Below are positions 1-11,849 of a DNA stretch of 64,000 nt, in pieces. Origin of the DNA: Chiloscyllium plagiosum (Eukaryota); contig NC_057728.1 of NCBI RefSeq assembly GCF_004010195.1, forward strand, positions 52,406,401 through 52,470,400, read 5' to 3'. Position numbers and translations under genes: made by a program. Every line of letters begins with the position of its first letter. Within the stretch, counting starts at the first letter, position 1. The notes beneath the pieces are model-generated. The model ran no database searches. It had not been told where the DNA came from and was given only the letters and a program-made list of their open reading frames with translations.

Positions 1-280
1 AGAACAGCCCTTGATCAAAGAAAGGGCAGAAATAAGCCAGGCAGCTGAAAAGGAAAAACCAGAGCAAGGATCTGATAACAACTTGGGAGATGATATCAGA
101 CAGTCGGAAGTAAATGATCCTCTGTTGGATTCAGTAAGCGATGGAGAGACCATATATAGCAAGAGTGAACCAAGTATTGCGACAGGGGAAGAGGTTGAAC
201 AGATGACGGAGGAAGATCCTGTAGAAGATCAGGGAGGAACAGAATCTGAGATGCACAGAATTCCTGAAAAAAAACTCCAG
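1..280 (+). CDS. CEP290: 3' part of a putative acidic extra CEP290 exon upstream of exon 45 (begins before the window)
   Basis: Frame open from position 2 to CAG|gttatt at 280/281. E/D/S-rich peptide; phase 0 matches exon 45; not repeat-like. Confidence 0.55.
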
Positions 281-550
281 GTTATTCAACTATGAAATGT
301 AACTGAAAGAATATGCCCTCTCCTACCTAGAGCAGTAGATGCTTTTGCTTTGGCTCAGTAGCAAAGTTTCTAAAAAGTCTGAAATATGAATAGTGTGTGT
401 ATCCCTTCAAAGTAAACACCTGTCTTAGTTTGACCTACAGTTCCATTCATCCGTTACGTATCTCGGTTTTACTTTAGAGGGATCCTTCTACATGGTGCTG
501 CATGTTGGGGTAGGGATGTTTCTGAAGACCTGTTCTATTGTGTACTCTAG

Positions 551-685
551 ACCCCTGGAGTGGGAGCTGATGCTTCAGCTCAGAAGGAACAAGAACTTCA
601 GAGAGAGAACCTCAGGCTGGCTGCAGAGAATGTGGAGCTGCGTTTTCAACTAGAGCAGGCTGACAAGGACTTGCCACGATTAAAG
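551..685 (+). CDS. CEP290: CEP290 exon 45 equivalent (135 bp), on the opposite strand to exons 4-25
   Basis: tag|ACC...AAG|gtcaga; TPGVGADASAQKEQELQRENLRLAAENVELRFQLEQADKDLPRLK (human ...QREQELQKENLKLSSENIELKFQLEQANKDLPRLK). Confidence 0.95.
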
Positions 686-883
686 GTCAGACATGCGTGA
701 GCACTCATAGTTTGAGAGGGGGAGATGATGGCGTAGCAGTAATGGAATTGCAATCCAGAGGCTCTCACTAACATTCTCAGAATGTGAGTTCAAATCACAC
801 TACGACTGCTATAGACTTTGAAATCAATTAATTAGAGCTGGAATTGAAAGCTAGCTTCACTAATGGTGACCATGACAACTGTC

Positions 884-1627
884 ATAGAACACTGAACAGT
901 ACAGCACAGGAACAAGGCCTTTAGCCCATCATTTCTGTGCCAACCATGATGCCATTCTAAACTAATCCCATCTGCCTGCACATGGTCCATATCACGCTAT
1001 TCCTTGGCTGTTCACGTCTCTGCCTAAATGCCTGTTAAACTTTGCTAATGTGTCTGCTTACGTCATCCCCCCTGGCAGCGCGTTCCAGGCATCTGGCAAT
1101 GTCTGTTTACCAACATTTACCTCACACAACTTCTTTAAACTTTTCCCTTCTCGCCTTAAACCTATGCTCCTGAGTATTTAACATTTCTGCCCTGGAATAA
1201 CGACTGTGACTATTCGCCCTACCCATGCCTCTTGTAATTATATGGACTTGTATCATGTCGTCCCACAGTCTCCAACACTCTAGTGAAAATAGTCCAGGTT
1301 TGTCCAATCTCTCCTTAAAGTTAATACAATCCAGGCGACGTCCTGGTAAACCTCTTTTGCACCTTCTCCAAACCCTCCACATCCTTCCAGTAGTGTAGCA
1401 GCTGGAACTGCACCCAGTATTCCAAATGAGGCCTAACTAAATTTTTGTACATATGCAACATGACTAGCCTTGACCGATGAAGGGAAGCATGCCATACACC
1501 TTCTTTAACACATTATCCACTTGTGTTGCCATTTTCACACAGCTATAGACTTGCGACCCAAGATCCCTCTATGTCAATACTCCTAAGGATCCTGCCATTC
1601 ACTGTATACTTTCCTCTTGCATTTGAG
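884..1627 (-). mobile_element. CR1 LINE 3' fragment (host element, continuing at about 5750-6088)
   Basis: Degenerate RT C-terminus (ERLDKPGLFSLECWRL) and a CR1-type 3' tail. Confidence 0.85.
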
Positions 1628-4600
1628 TTAGAACGTAGAACATTACAGCACAGTACAGGCCCTTTGGCCCTCGATGTTGTGCTGTCCTGTGAAACCAATC
1701 CAAAGCCCATCCAACCCACACTATTCCATTCTCGTCCATATGCCTATCCAATGACCACTTAAATGTCCGTAGAGTTGGCGAGTCTACAACTGTGGCAGGC
1801 AGTGCTTTCCACGCCCCTACTACCCTCTGAATAAAGAAGCTACCTCTGACATCTGTCCTATATCTATCACCCCTCAATTTGAAGCTACGCTTCCTCGTGC
1901 TAGCCATTGCCATCCGTGGAAAAAGGCTCTCATTGTCCACCCGATCTAACTCTCTGATTATCTTGTCTGACTCAACAAGTCACCTCTCAATCTTCTTCTC
2001 TCTAACGAAAACAGCATCAAGTCCCTCAAACTTTCCTCGTAAGCCTTTCCATCCATACCAGGCAACATCCTGGTAAATCTCCTCTGAATCTTTTCCAAAG
2101 CTTCCACATCCTTTCTATAATGCGATGACCAGAACTGCATGCAATACTCCAAGTGCGGCCACACCAGAGTTTTGTACAGCTGCAGCATGACCTTGTGGTT
2201 CCGAAACTTGATCCCTCTAACAATGAAAGCTAACACACCATATGCCTTCTTAACAGCCCTTTCAACCTGGGTGGCAACTTTGAGGGATCAATGTACATGG
2301 ACACCGAGATCTCTCTGCTCATCTAAACTACCAAGAATCTTACCATTCGCCAAGTATTCTACATTCCTGTTACTCCTTCCAAAGTGAATCACTTCACACC
2401 TTTCTGCATTAAACTCCATTTGCCTCCTTTCAGCCCAGCTCTGCAGCTTATCTATGTCCCTCGGTAATCTACAACATCCTTCCTCACTATCCACAACTCT
2501 ACCGACCTTACTGTCATCCGTAAATCTACTAACCCATCCTTCTACGCCCTCACCCAGGTCTTTTATAAAAATGACAGACAGCAGTGGACCCAAAGCAGAT
2601 CCTTGCAGTACACCACTAGTAACTGAACTCCATGATGAACATTTCCCATCAACCACCACCCTTCTTTCAGCTAGCCAATTTCCGATCGAAACCACTAAAT
2701 CGCTCTCAAGGCGTCCTTGTGCAGTAGCCTACCATGGGGAATCTTATTAAACGCCTTACTGAAATCCATATACACCACATCAACAGCTTTACCCTCATCC
2801 ATCTGTTTTGTGAGGCATGACCTACCCTTCACAAAACCATGCTGACTATCCCTAATCAACTTGTTCCTATCGAGATGATTATAAATCTTATCTCTTATAA
2901 CCGTTTCCAACACTTGACTCACAGCTGAAGTAAGATTCACTGGTCTGTAATTACCAGGGTTGTCTGTACTCCCCTTCTTGAACAAGGGGACAACATTTGC
3001 TATCCTCCAGTCTTCTGATACAATTCCTGTAGACAATGACGACATAAAGATCAAGGCCAATGGCTCAGCAATCTCGTCCCTGGCTTCCCAGAGAATCTGA
3101 GGATAAATCCCATCCGACCCAGGGGATTTATCTATTTTCATACTTTCCATAATTTCTAACGCCACCTCCTTGTGAACCTCAATTCAATCTAGTCTCGTAG
3201 CCTGTTTCTCAGTATTCTCCTCGACGACATTGTCTTTTTCCAGTGTGAATACTGATGAAAAATATTCATTTAGCGCTTCCCCATTTCCTCTGACTCCAAG
3301 CACAACTTCCAACTACTGTCCTTGATTGGCCCTAATCTTATTTGAATCATTCTTTTTTCCCTTATATACCTATAGAAAGCTTTAGGGTTTTCCCTGATCC
3401 TATCCGTCAACAACTTCTCATGTCTGCTCCTCGCTCATCTTAGCTCTCTCCTTAGGTCTTTCCTGACTATCTTGTAACTCTCTATCATCCTCACTGAGCC
3501 TTCACATTTCATTCTTACATAAGTTAACTTCTTCCTCTTGACAAGAGATTCACCTTCCTTAGTAAACCATGGCTCTTGTGTTCGACAATTTCCTCCCTGT
3601 CTGACTGGTACATACTTATCAAGGACACGCAGTAGCTGTTCCTTGAATAAGCTCCACATTTCTATTGTGCCCATCCCCTGCAGTCTCCTTTCCCATCCTA
3701 TGCATCCTAAAGTTTGCATCATAATTGCCTTTCCCCCAGCTGTATCTCTTGCCCTCCGGTGTATACCTATCCCTTTCCATCGTTAAGGTGAACATAACTG
3801 AATTTTGGTCACTATCACCAAAGTGCTCGTCTACCTCCAAATCTAACATTTGGCCGGGTTCATTATCCAGTACCAAATCTGATGTGGCCTCGCCCCTTGT
3901 TGGCCTGTCTACATGCTGTGTCAGAAAACTCTCCTGCACACAATGGTCAAAAACTGACCCATCTGAAGTACTTGAACTATAGCACTCCCAGTCAATATTT
4001 GGGAAGTTGAAGTCCCCATAATAACTACTCCTATCGAGAATCATTTTTGCTATCCTTTCCTCTAAATTTCTGGAATAATTCAGAGGCCTATAGAATACTC
4101 CCAACAAGGTGACCTCTCCTTTCCTGTTTCTAATCTCAGCCCATACTACCTCAGTTGATGAGTCCTCAAACATCCTTTCTGCAGCCGTAATACAGTCCTT
4201 GACTAACAATGCCACACCCCACCTCTTTTACCATTTTCTCTGTTCTTACTGAAACATCTAAATCCCTGAACCTGCAATAACCATTCCTGTCTCTGCTCTA
4301 CCCACATCTCTGAAATGGCCACGACATTAAAATCCCAGGTACCGACTCATGCTGCAAGTTCACCCACCTTATTCTGGATGCTCCTGGTGTTGAAATAGAC
4401 CCACTTCAAACCAACATTTTGCTTGTCGGTGCCCTTTTGCAACCCTGAAATCTTAGTTCGGACATCCCTACTCTCAACCTCCTCTATGCTTGAACTACAG
4501 TTTAAGTTCCCATCCCCCTGCTGAATTAGTTTAAACCTACCCGAAGAACATTAGCAAATCCATGTTCTCCCCCCCCCCCACCCTGGATATTGGTATCCCT

Positions 4601-5750
4601 CTGATCCAGGTGAAGACCATCCTGTTTGTAGAGGTCCCACCTACCCCAGAAAGAGCCCCAATTATTCAGGAATCCAAAACCCTCTCTCCTCCTCCATCCT
4701 ACTTGTTTAACTCCTCTCACTCCCTATTCCTCACTTCACTAGCACGTGACATGGGCAACAAACCAGATACAACAACTCTGTTCTAGTTCTAAACTTCCTT
4801 CCTAGGTCCCTGAATTTCTGCCTTAAATCCCCATTTCTGTTCCTGCCCATATCGTTGGTGCATATGTGGACCATGACTTGGGGCTGCACCAACTCCCCCT
4901 TAAGGATCCTGAAAATCCAATTAGAGGTCTCATGAACCCTGGCACCTGGGAGGCAATACACCAACTGTGAGTCTCTCTCTCGTTCCCACAGAACCTCCCA
5001 TCTGTCCCCCTATTGACTAATGCTGTGCTCCTCTTCCCTGTTGCCTTCTGAGCAACAGGGACAGACTCTGTACCAGAGACCTGTGCCCTATTGCTTACCC
5101 CTGGTAAGTAGTCTCTTCCGCCAGATCCCCCCCCCCCCCCCCCCCCCTCCAGATCGGCCTGAGGAGATCCCTGCACTGCCTGCTGGTTCTCTTTCCGTTC
5201 CCTGACGGTAACCCATCTGCCCTTTTCTTGTACCTGAGGTGTGACCACCTCTCTGTAACTCCTCTCAATGACCCCCTCCACCTCCCAAATGATCCGAAAT
5301 TCATCCAGCTCCAGTTTCCTAACGTGGATTTCAAGGAGCTGGAGTTCTTGCAGATGCAGTCAGCAGGGACACTACTGGTGATGCTTACCTCCCACATTCT
5401 GCAGGAAGGACATTCAGCTGCCCTAACCTCCATTCCCACTATTCTAACTTCCCAACGAGCCTACTGAAAACTAAAAGAGACGGAAAAAAAAGATGGGTCA
5501 CCCTTATCAATCCGGTGCACAGAACCTTTTTCTTTTGGTTAGAGGAGGAGGATAGGTGGAAAACACTAGTGTCTCCAAGTAATGTTTCGAGTAAAGCAAC
5601 CACCCAAGTATGAAGCTTCAGTTACCCAGCAGTCCCGTGCCCGCTCCTGCTCAGTGTGTGCCCTGCCAATACACGAGGTAAGTTTTTAAACTTTACGCCT
5701 ACCTTCTCATCAGGCCTCTGATCCTCGCTGTCTCTCCTCCCACTGCAACT
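1628..5750 (-). mobile_element. Near full-length decayed CR1 LINE (5' UTR, ORF1 with Cys-rich and SGNH esterase domains, ORF2 APE endonuclease and RT)
   Basis: ORF1 fragments: ECPSCRMWE, CLPGARV, VHICTND, DLYKQDGLHL. ORF2 fragments: [46 protein letters not shown]. (TAGAAC) tail at about 1628. Confidence 0.93.
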
Positions 5751-6088
5751 CCGAAAAAGCATCACTTCACACTTGACTGGTTTAAAGTACATCTGGCATT
5801 TGTCTGCCTAAATTTTTAAACTAATTTTTATCCTACTATAACCTTGCTCACAATCCACAACTCCACCAGTTTTCATGACATCTGAAAGCTCACTAATTAG
5901 ACCACCTGTATTTTCATCCATATCATTTATATATATTATAAACAACAGAGGTCCCAGCACTGATCCTTGTGGATCATCTCTGGTCGCAGACCTCCAGTCA
6001 GAAAAACACCCCTCCACAACTACCCTCTGTCCTCTATGACTAAGCCAATTTCTATACAACTTACCAACTCACCCTGCATCCCATGAGA
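5751..6088 (-). mobile_element. CR1 RT fragment, continuation of the host element at 884-1627
   Basis: [19 protein letters not shown]...[11 protein letters not shown]. Confidence 0.85.
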
Positions 6089-7308
6089 CTTAGTCTTCAG
6101 TGAATACTGATACAAAATACTCATCAAGGACCACACCTATCATCAACTGTTTCAAAAACTCACATGATTCACAAATGTTCTTTGCAAAATGGATGAAAAT
6201 CTGCCCAGAATATAACTCCAGACTGCTGCAATGTGATTGACTCTTAACATTCCTCGGAAATGGCCTAGTGAGTTCAAAGGCAATGAGGGCCATAAAACAA
6301 AAATTACCCTTCGAATGATGTCCAATTCTCATGAATGAAGAATAAAATATTCACAGTAAGAAACATGGAATCAGCTCTGAGGCTTTTGAAATTACTTCCA
6401 TTGTGCATCCACAGAAATGAAGTTAAAATCCTTTGTATTTCTTAACATGGTAGTACTACAAGGATCAGATCTGTCATGATCCTGCTGGGAAGAGTGTGCC
6501 TCACTAGTCCACAGGCCCTTTCAGAAATAGATAACTGATTGAATCATGAAGTGGTTACTTTGCCTGGCATTGACTGCTACCTCGGACAAAAGAAAAACGC
6601 ACCAGGTTTCGTCAATAACCAAACAAAACTTATTTATTATAATCAAACTTCTCTTTTAGCATGAGGCGAAATGCATTTGAACTAAAACTGAAAAGATCCC
6701 CTTTAAATCCAAGTACAGACAGCTGTGCAAGAAATAACATGAGTAGAACATAGGCAAAAATAAACAAATTCTGTGGATCAAAAGTAAAACCACAAGGATG
6801 TTTTTGGCGATTATATAATATTGTCATTGACCCCGATAGATCCTCAATCTGTATCTGGTCAGTTGGATCCAAGTCTTGCTTGAGTTAGACGTTCTCTTTA
6901 AAATCTTTGAGTGGTGGTGTTTTTCCACTCAGATTGGATAAGAAAGAGAGCCCTGTCTCAGTTTGCAGATTTTCCAGAAGTCTAAAATAAACTTCCCCCT
7001 TCTCAGGCCTGTTACAAACTGTAAATTAAAAATCCAAATGCTGTCACGAGGTAGCTTTTCAGCTCAAAGGCATCATGCTAGCTTGTCTCAAAAACATCAA
7101 TTTTAGCTTCTCTACAAGTTACATGACCTTGTGTAATACATAAGTGAACACGACACAGTTCCACCTTTTGACCCTTGAGTGCAAAAATGAACATGGTCCA
7201 TTTTCTGTAACACATTTCAAAAATATGATTGTTTACAATAGATGAACTTTTCTGCTGTTTTTCTATTAGCTGGTTTAATTTATGTTTGCTTCTTATACCT
7301 TTTCTCAG

Positions 7309-7395
7309 GATCAAATAGTTAATTTGCAGGAAATGTATCAACTTCTCAAAAAAGAGAGAGCAGAATTGGAAAGAAAACTTGGAAACATGAGAGGG
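7309..7395 (+). CDS. CEP290: CEP290 exon 46 equivalent (87 bp), plus strand
   Basis: ttttctcag|GAT...GGG|gtaagt; DQIVNLQEMYQLLKKERAELERKLGNMRG (human NQVRDLKEMCEFLKKEKAEVQRKLGHVRG). Confidence 0.95.
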
Positions 7396-7509
7396 GTAAG
7401 TGAGGTACTGTGCTTTCCACACATGTTTACTAACTACAGTATGTTATGAATATTATGAAATTTGAAGTGCACGTCCAAATATTTTTAAAGGTTGTAAGGT
7501 TCCGGATCC

Positions 7510-7786
7510 ATTACCTTCCTAAGCAGTGCATTTCAGATTCCATCACCCGCTGAAAAGGTTTTTTTCCCAAAAACCTTCTGAATCTCCTGTCCCTTACTCT
7601 AAAACTATGCCCTCTTGTGATTGACTCCTCAACCAAGGAAAACAGCTGCTCCCTCTTCACCCTGTCCATGCCCCTCATAATCTTATACACCTCAGTTTCC
7701 CTTCTCAAAAGAAAACAATCCAAGCCTATCTAGTCTCTCCTTATAGCTCAATTTCTCCATTCCAGGCAGCATGCTGGTGAACCTAT
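7510..7786 (-). mobile_element. CR1 3' fragment
   Basis: [12 protein letters not shown]...TRGHSFRV. Confidence 0.8.
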
Positions 7787-8459
7787 TTGTTGCTACCTGT
7801 GGCCATGTTCCCTCTTGGAAGACAGTCAGCACCTACCATTCCAGCTACTCTTCCCCAGGAACAAAAGGACTGTTCATCCGTCCAGTCTATTCAGACCATT
7901 CAGTCATAGTTCAAATATGTGTCCGTTGCTCCTCACCAACATGTTAGACTGAATAAGCTATTGTGGTATTTGTAGGCTTTATATAAGGATATATAAAATG
8001 AAATTTTTAAACAGGTCCTGGAGAACACAGACCTATTACTGACCAGCTCACAATACAGCAAAACTGAAACATTAGGAATTTGAGCGCATAGACAATGCTC
8101 AAACTTCACTGCAGTTCATTTAAGGTGATGTCTTTCATATTGATGTCATAATTCTCCAGCATTACTCAAACAAGCGGGTGGGGGTTCTCCCAGCATCATG
8201 GACAATATGTGCTCGTTGAGTAACATTAACCAAAACTTTTCATTGACTTCATTACTCTTTGTGGATTTTGCTGTGTACCAGTCATCAGCCACATTTGTGC
8301 ATTCTGTACTGCAATAGTGCAGACAGTTCAAAATGAAATAACCTGTCACATATTAGGGAAAGCAGTGGCACAGTGGTAATGTTACTGGGTTAGTGGTCCA
8401 GAACTCCTAGATCAATATTCTAAGGACATGTATTCAAATCCCACCACGATGAATTTTAA

Positions 8460-8808
8460 GAAAACCCCAAGGTGTTCTACACTTATGTGAGGAACAAGAG
8501 GATAGCCAGGGTGAGGGTAGGGACAATCAGGGATAGTGGAGAGAACTTATATCTGGAGTCTGAGGAGGTAAGGGAGGTTCATAATGAATATTTTGCTTCA
8601 GTAATCACGACTGAGACGGATCGTGTCATTTGTAAGGACAATGTGGAACAGGTTGATGTTAAGAAGGAGGATGTGCTAGAAATCTTGAAAAACATGATGA
8701 TAGATAAGTCCCCTGGGCCAGGTGGGATATACCCAAGGTTACTGTGGGAAATGAGGGAAGAGATTGCTGCGCCTTTGGTGATGATCTTTGCTTCCTCACT
8801 GTCCACTG
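8460..8808 (+). mobile_element. CR1 ORF2 fragment truncated by the gap
   Basis: FYTYVRNKR...KSPGPGGIYPRLLWE. Confidence 0.9.
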
Positions 8809-9308
8809 NNNNNNNNNNNNNNNNNNNNNNNNNNNNNNNNNNNNNNNNNNNNNNNNNNNNNNNNNNNNNNNNNNNNNNNNNNNNNNNNNNNNNNNNNNNN
8901 NNNNNNNNNNNNNNNNNNNNNNNNNNNNNNNNNNNNNNNNNNNNNNNNNNNNNNNNNNNNNNNNNNNNNNNNNNNNNNNNNNNNNNNNNNNNNNNNNNNN
9001 NNNNNNNNNNNNNNNNNNNNNNNNNNNNNNNNNNNNNNNNNNNNNNNNNNNNNNNNNNNNNNNNNNNNNNNNNNNNNNNNNNNNNNNNNNNNNNNNNNNN
9101 NNNNNNNNNNNNNNNNNNNNNNNNNNNNNNNNNNNNNNNNNNNNNNNNNNNNNNNNNNNNNNNNNNNNNNNNNNNNNNNNNNNNNNNNNNNNNNNNNNNN
9201 NNNNNNNNNNNNNNNNNNNNNNNNNNNNNNNNNNNNNNNNNNNNNNNNNNNNNNNNNNNNNNNNNNNNNNNNNNNNNNNNNNNNNNNNNNNNNNNNNNNN
9301 NNNNNNNN
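8809..9308. other. Assembly gap of exactly 500 N
   Basis: N run; CEP290 exon orientation flips across it. Confidence 0.99.
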
Positions 9309-9334
9309 GCTACAAATCTTCGCACAAACTTTGA

Positions 9335-10853
9335 ACACCCATAGTTGGTATGTCGGGTTTTCAGCTAGGGATGATGAATTCTGGGTTTAAACTATGGGCA
9401 GCTAGGGGTGTATCTTGTCTGGATGATTTATTTGAAGGGGACATACTGGTGTCTTTTGAACAGTTGGCTCGGAAATTAGATTAGATTAGATTACCTACAG
9501 TGTGGAAACAGGCCCTTCGGCCCAACAAGCCCACACCGACCCGCCGAAGCGTAACCCACCCATAACCCTACACCTAACACTACGGGCAATTTAGCATGGC
9601 CAATTCACCTGTCCTGCACATCTTTGGAATGGGGGAGGAAACTGGAGCACCGGGAGGAAACCCACGCAGACACGGGGAGAATGTCCAAACTCCACACAGT
9701 CAGTCGCCTGAGGCGGGAATTGAACCCGGGTCTCTGGCGCTGTGAGGCAGCAGTGCTAACCACTATGCCACCTTGCTGCCCTAATATGAATTGCCCAGTA
9801 GGACCTCTTTCAGTTCTTCCAAATTAGAAATTTCATCCAAAAAGAGACCACACTTTGAACTGATCCTTAAAGGTCTGACGTGGAGAAGACAGTGTTGGAT
9901 GCTGAGGGTATATTATCTGTTAGCAACGCTTTTCATCTATTGGAAGAGGGCCCCTCAGACGAGGCCAAACGGCTTTGTTGGATATGGGAAAGGGAGTTGG
10001 ATGTTGAGATCTCTTCTGAAATATGGGAGGATATCTGGGAAAATGCAAGACCCACACTTTGCAATTGAAGATTCTCCACAGGGTCCATCTGGCCCCAGAC
10101 CGCCACGCTAAATTTAAAGCAGGAACATCTCCAATGTGTCCTAAATGTAAAGTGAGCATGGGCACACTTACTCATTGTCTTTGGTCCTGCCACAGACTGT
10201 GGGCAGACTGAAGCACTGCGGTAGGCGAAATAGGGAAGGCCTAGGGGACAGAGGTGGAGATGGACCTGGTATCTCTTCTTCTTGGCTTTATTAATTCTCT
10301 TTCATTAGATGCACACACAGAAAAAACAAGGCTTTTCAGTACCCTCACTTTTTGTGCCAGAAAGAACATTCTATTAGGGTAGGTGTCGGACAATCCCCTG
10401 GGGCTGGCGTAAGCTAGTCATGGGGCACATCTCCTTGGACTTTCTGACAAGTATGGTGTACCATAAAACTGAGAACTTTTATAAGATGAGGTGACCCTTT
10501 TTGGATGATCTGGGTAGATTTGTCCGCCATACTAATAAGAGCCTTTATATACCCATGGCAATTCTAAGTAATGGATTTAGTGCCCAGAGGGGAGGAACTA
10601 CGAACATATGAATATGTAGAAACTTGTGCACTTGATGATCGAGGGCTATTTTGTTTTGCTGAGCTTTGTTACGGTTGTTATCATTACTATTATTAAGATT
10701 TTCCTTTTTTAACTTAGTTATTAGTTAGTATTTATTTGTATAATTAGCAGCTTTATTTATTAATGCTGGTTTGAATTGTTTGGTTTTGTATTTGTTGTAA
10801 TATTCAAAAGAAAACATTTTTCTTCATTTTAACAAAAATATATTTTTAAAAAA
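9335..10853 (+). mobile_element. L1-clade LINE 3' end (ORF2 C-terminal zinc knuckle and T-rich 3' UTR), interrupted by a SINE
   Basis: WERELDVEISSEIWEDIW; LQLKILHRVHL...CPKCKVSMGTLTHCLWSC; A-rich end at about 10850. Confidence 0.8.
9476..9782 (-). mobile_element. tRNA-derived HE1-like SINE with (TCTAA)n tail
   Basis: Minus strand reads GGTGGCATAGTGGTTAGCAC (A box)...GGTTCAATTCC (B box), with a CR1-like 3' end. Confidence 0.88.
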
Positions 10854-11618
10854 TGCACGGACGGTCAAGACAGACACAATGAACCAAATGGCCTTCCTCT
10901 ATACCATAGAAATATTCACCGAATCTCAATTATTAAGGCAGAGATAGGCAGATTTTTGATTAGCAGGGGATTGAAAGATGACTGGAGATAAGCGGGAATG
11001 TGGAGTAATCAGATTAAGTAGTGGAGCAGACTAGATGGGCTGACTCGTGCTCCTAATTCACGTATTTATATGATGACAGTAGCTTTTTAAAGTTATTATT
11101 TTAGCATTGTGATACTTCAGTAACATTTCTATTCCTTCCTCAAGTATAATACAGAAATTCTTTCAAATATTTTGTGAACATAAACCTCAATATGCACAAC
11201 AGGGATTTTCCTAAGCCACGTAGATAGCTTAACTGAATGTTTCCACTAATCTGCATATTTGGAACTGTAAAGATAAACAAATCCTTTGTTCTGAGGTTAA
11301 TGGTGCAACTGTATTAAGGGTTCAGCTTTGGAAAAGACATAACAAAGAAGCACAGATGTGGATGACTAGAAAACTGACTGGGGGTAGCACTGCTACACTC
11401 TGGTATCCAAGTTGAGATATGGCAATGTGAGCAAGGCAAACCAATTATTGAAATTGATTGATGGCACAGCATTCAGGACATACCTTTGGCAGAAATGAAT
11501 CTGTAAAACTAGTCTTCTGCTCTGGACATCAAGGACATAAACCCTCTATTTATATTGGGGAAAAGTTCAAGGAATCAGGTTCTGTTTTATTTACACTCAG
11601 ACTTAATTCGACGGTTAC

Positions 11619-11849
11619 CTTGAATCTTTGCAAGTATCCAATTCTTTCACTAACTGCTGCCTCCATGGCTATTATTTCGTCCTTGAGCTTGTTATTTTCT
11701 TTCCTTAAGTGCTGTTCCATTTCTACCAGGGTTGTGTAACGCCTTGTTAAGGAACTTTCATTAACCCGCAGCACAGTTAACTTGCTAGTGAGCCCTGCAA
11801 GCTTCTTCTTCATTTCATCCGGATCCACCTGAAGTGTTTCCAGTAGTTG
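11619..11849 (-). CDS. CEP290: CEP290 exon 25 equivalent (231 bp)
   Basis: [52 protein letters not shown]...RIGYLQRFK. Confidence 0.96.

Noticed and set aside
6472..7211. Possible solo LTR (TGTCA...TAACA)
   Set aside because: No matching TSD and no second copy in the window.
551..7395. A separate plus-strand gene or CEP290 paralogue
   Set aside because: The peptides are CEP290 exons 45-46 and do not overlap the minus-strand exon set, so contig mis-orientation is the simpler explanation.
8472..9390. Long ORFs spanning the N run (likewise 20094-21990)
   Set aside because: Their length is an artefact of translating Ns; the real portions are CR1 ORF2.
9700..9782. tRNA-like A/B boxes (also at 17938, 32262, 40281 and 42701)
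   Set aside because: These are SINE heads, not tRNA genes.
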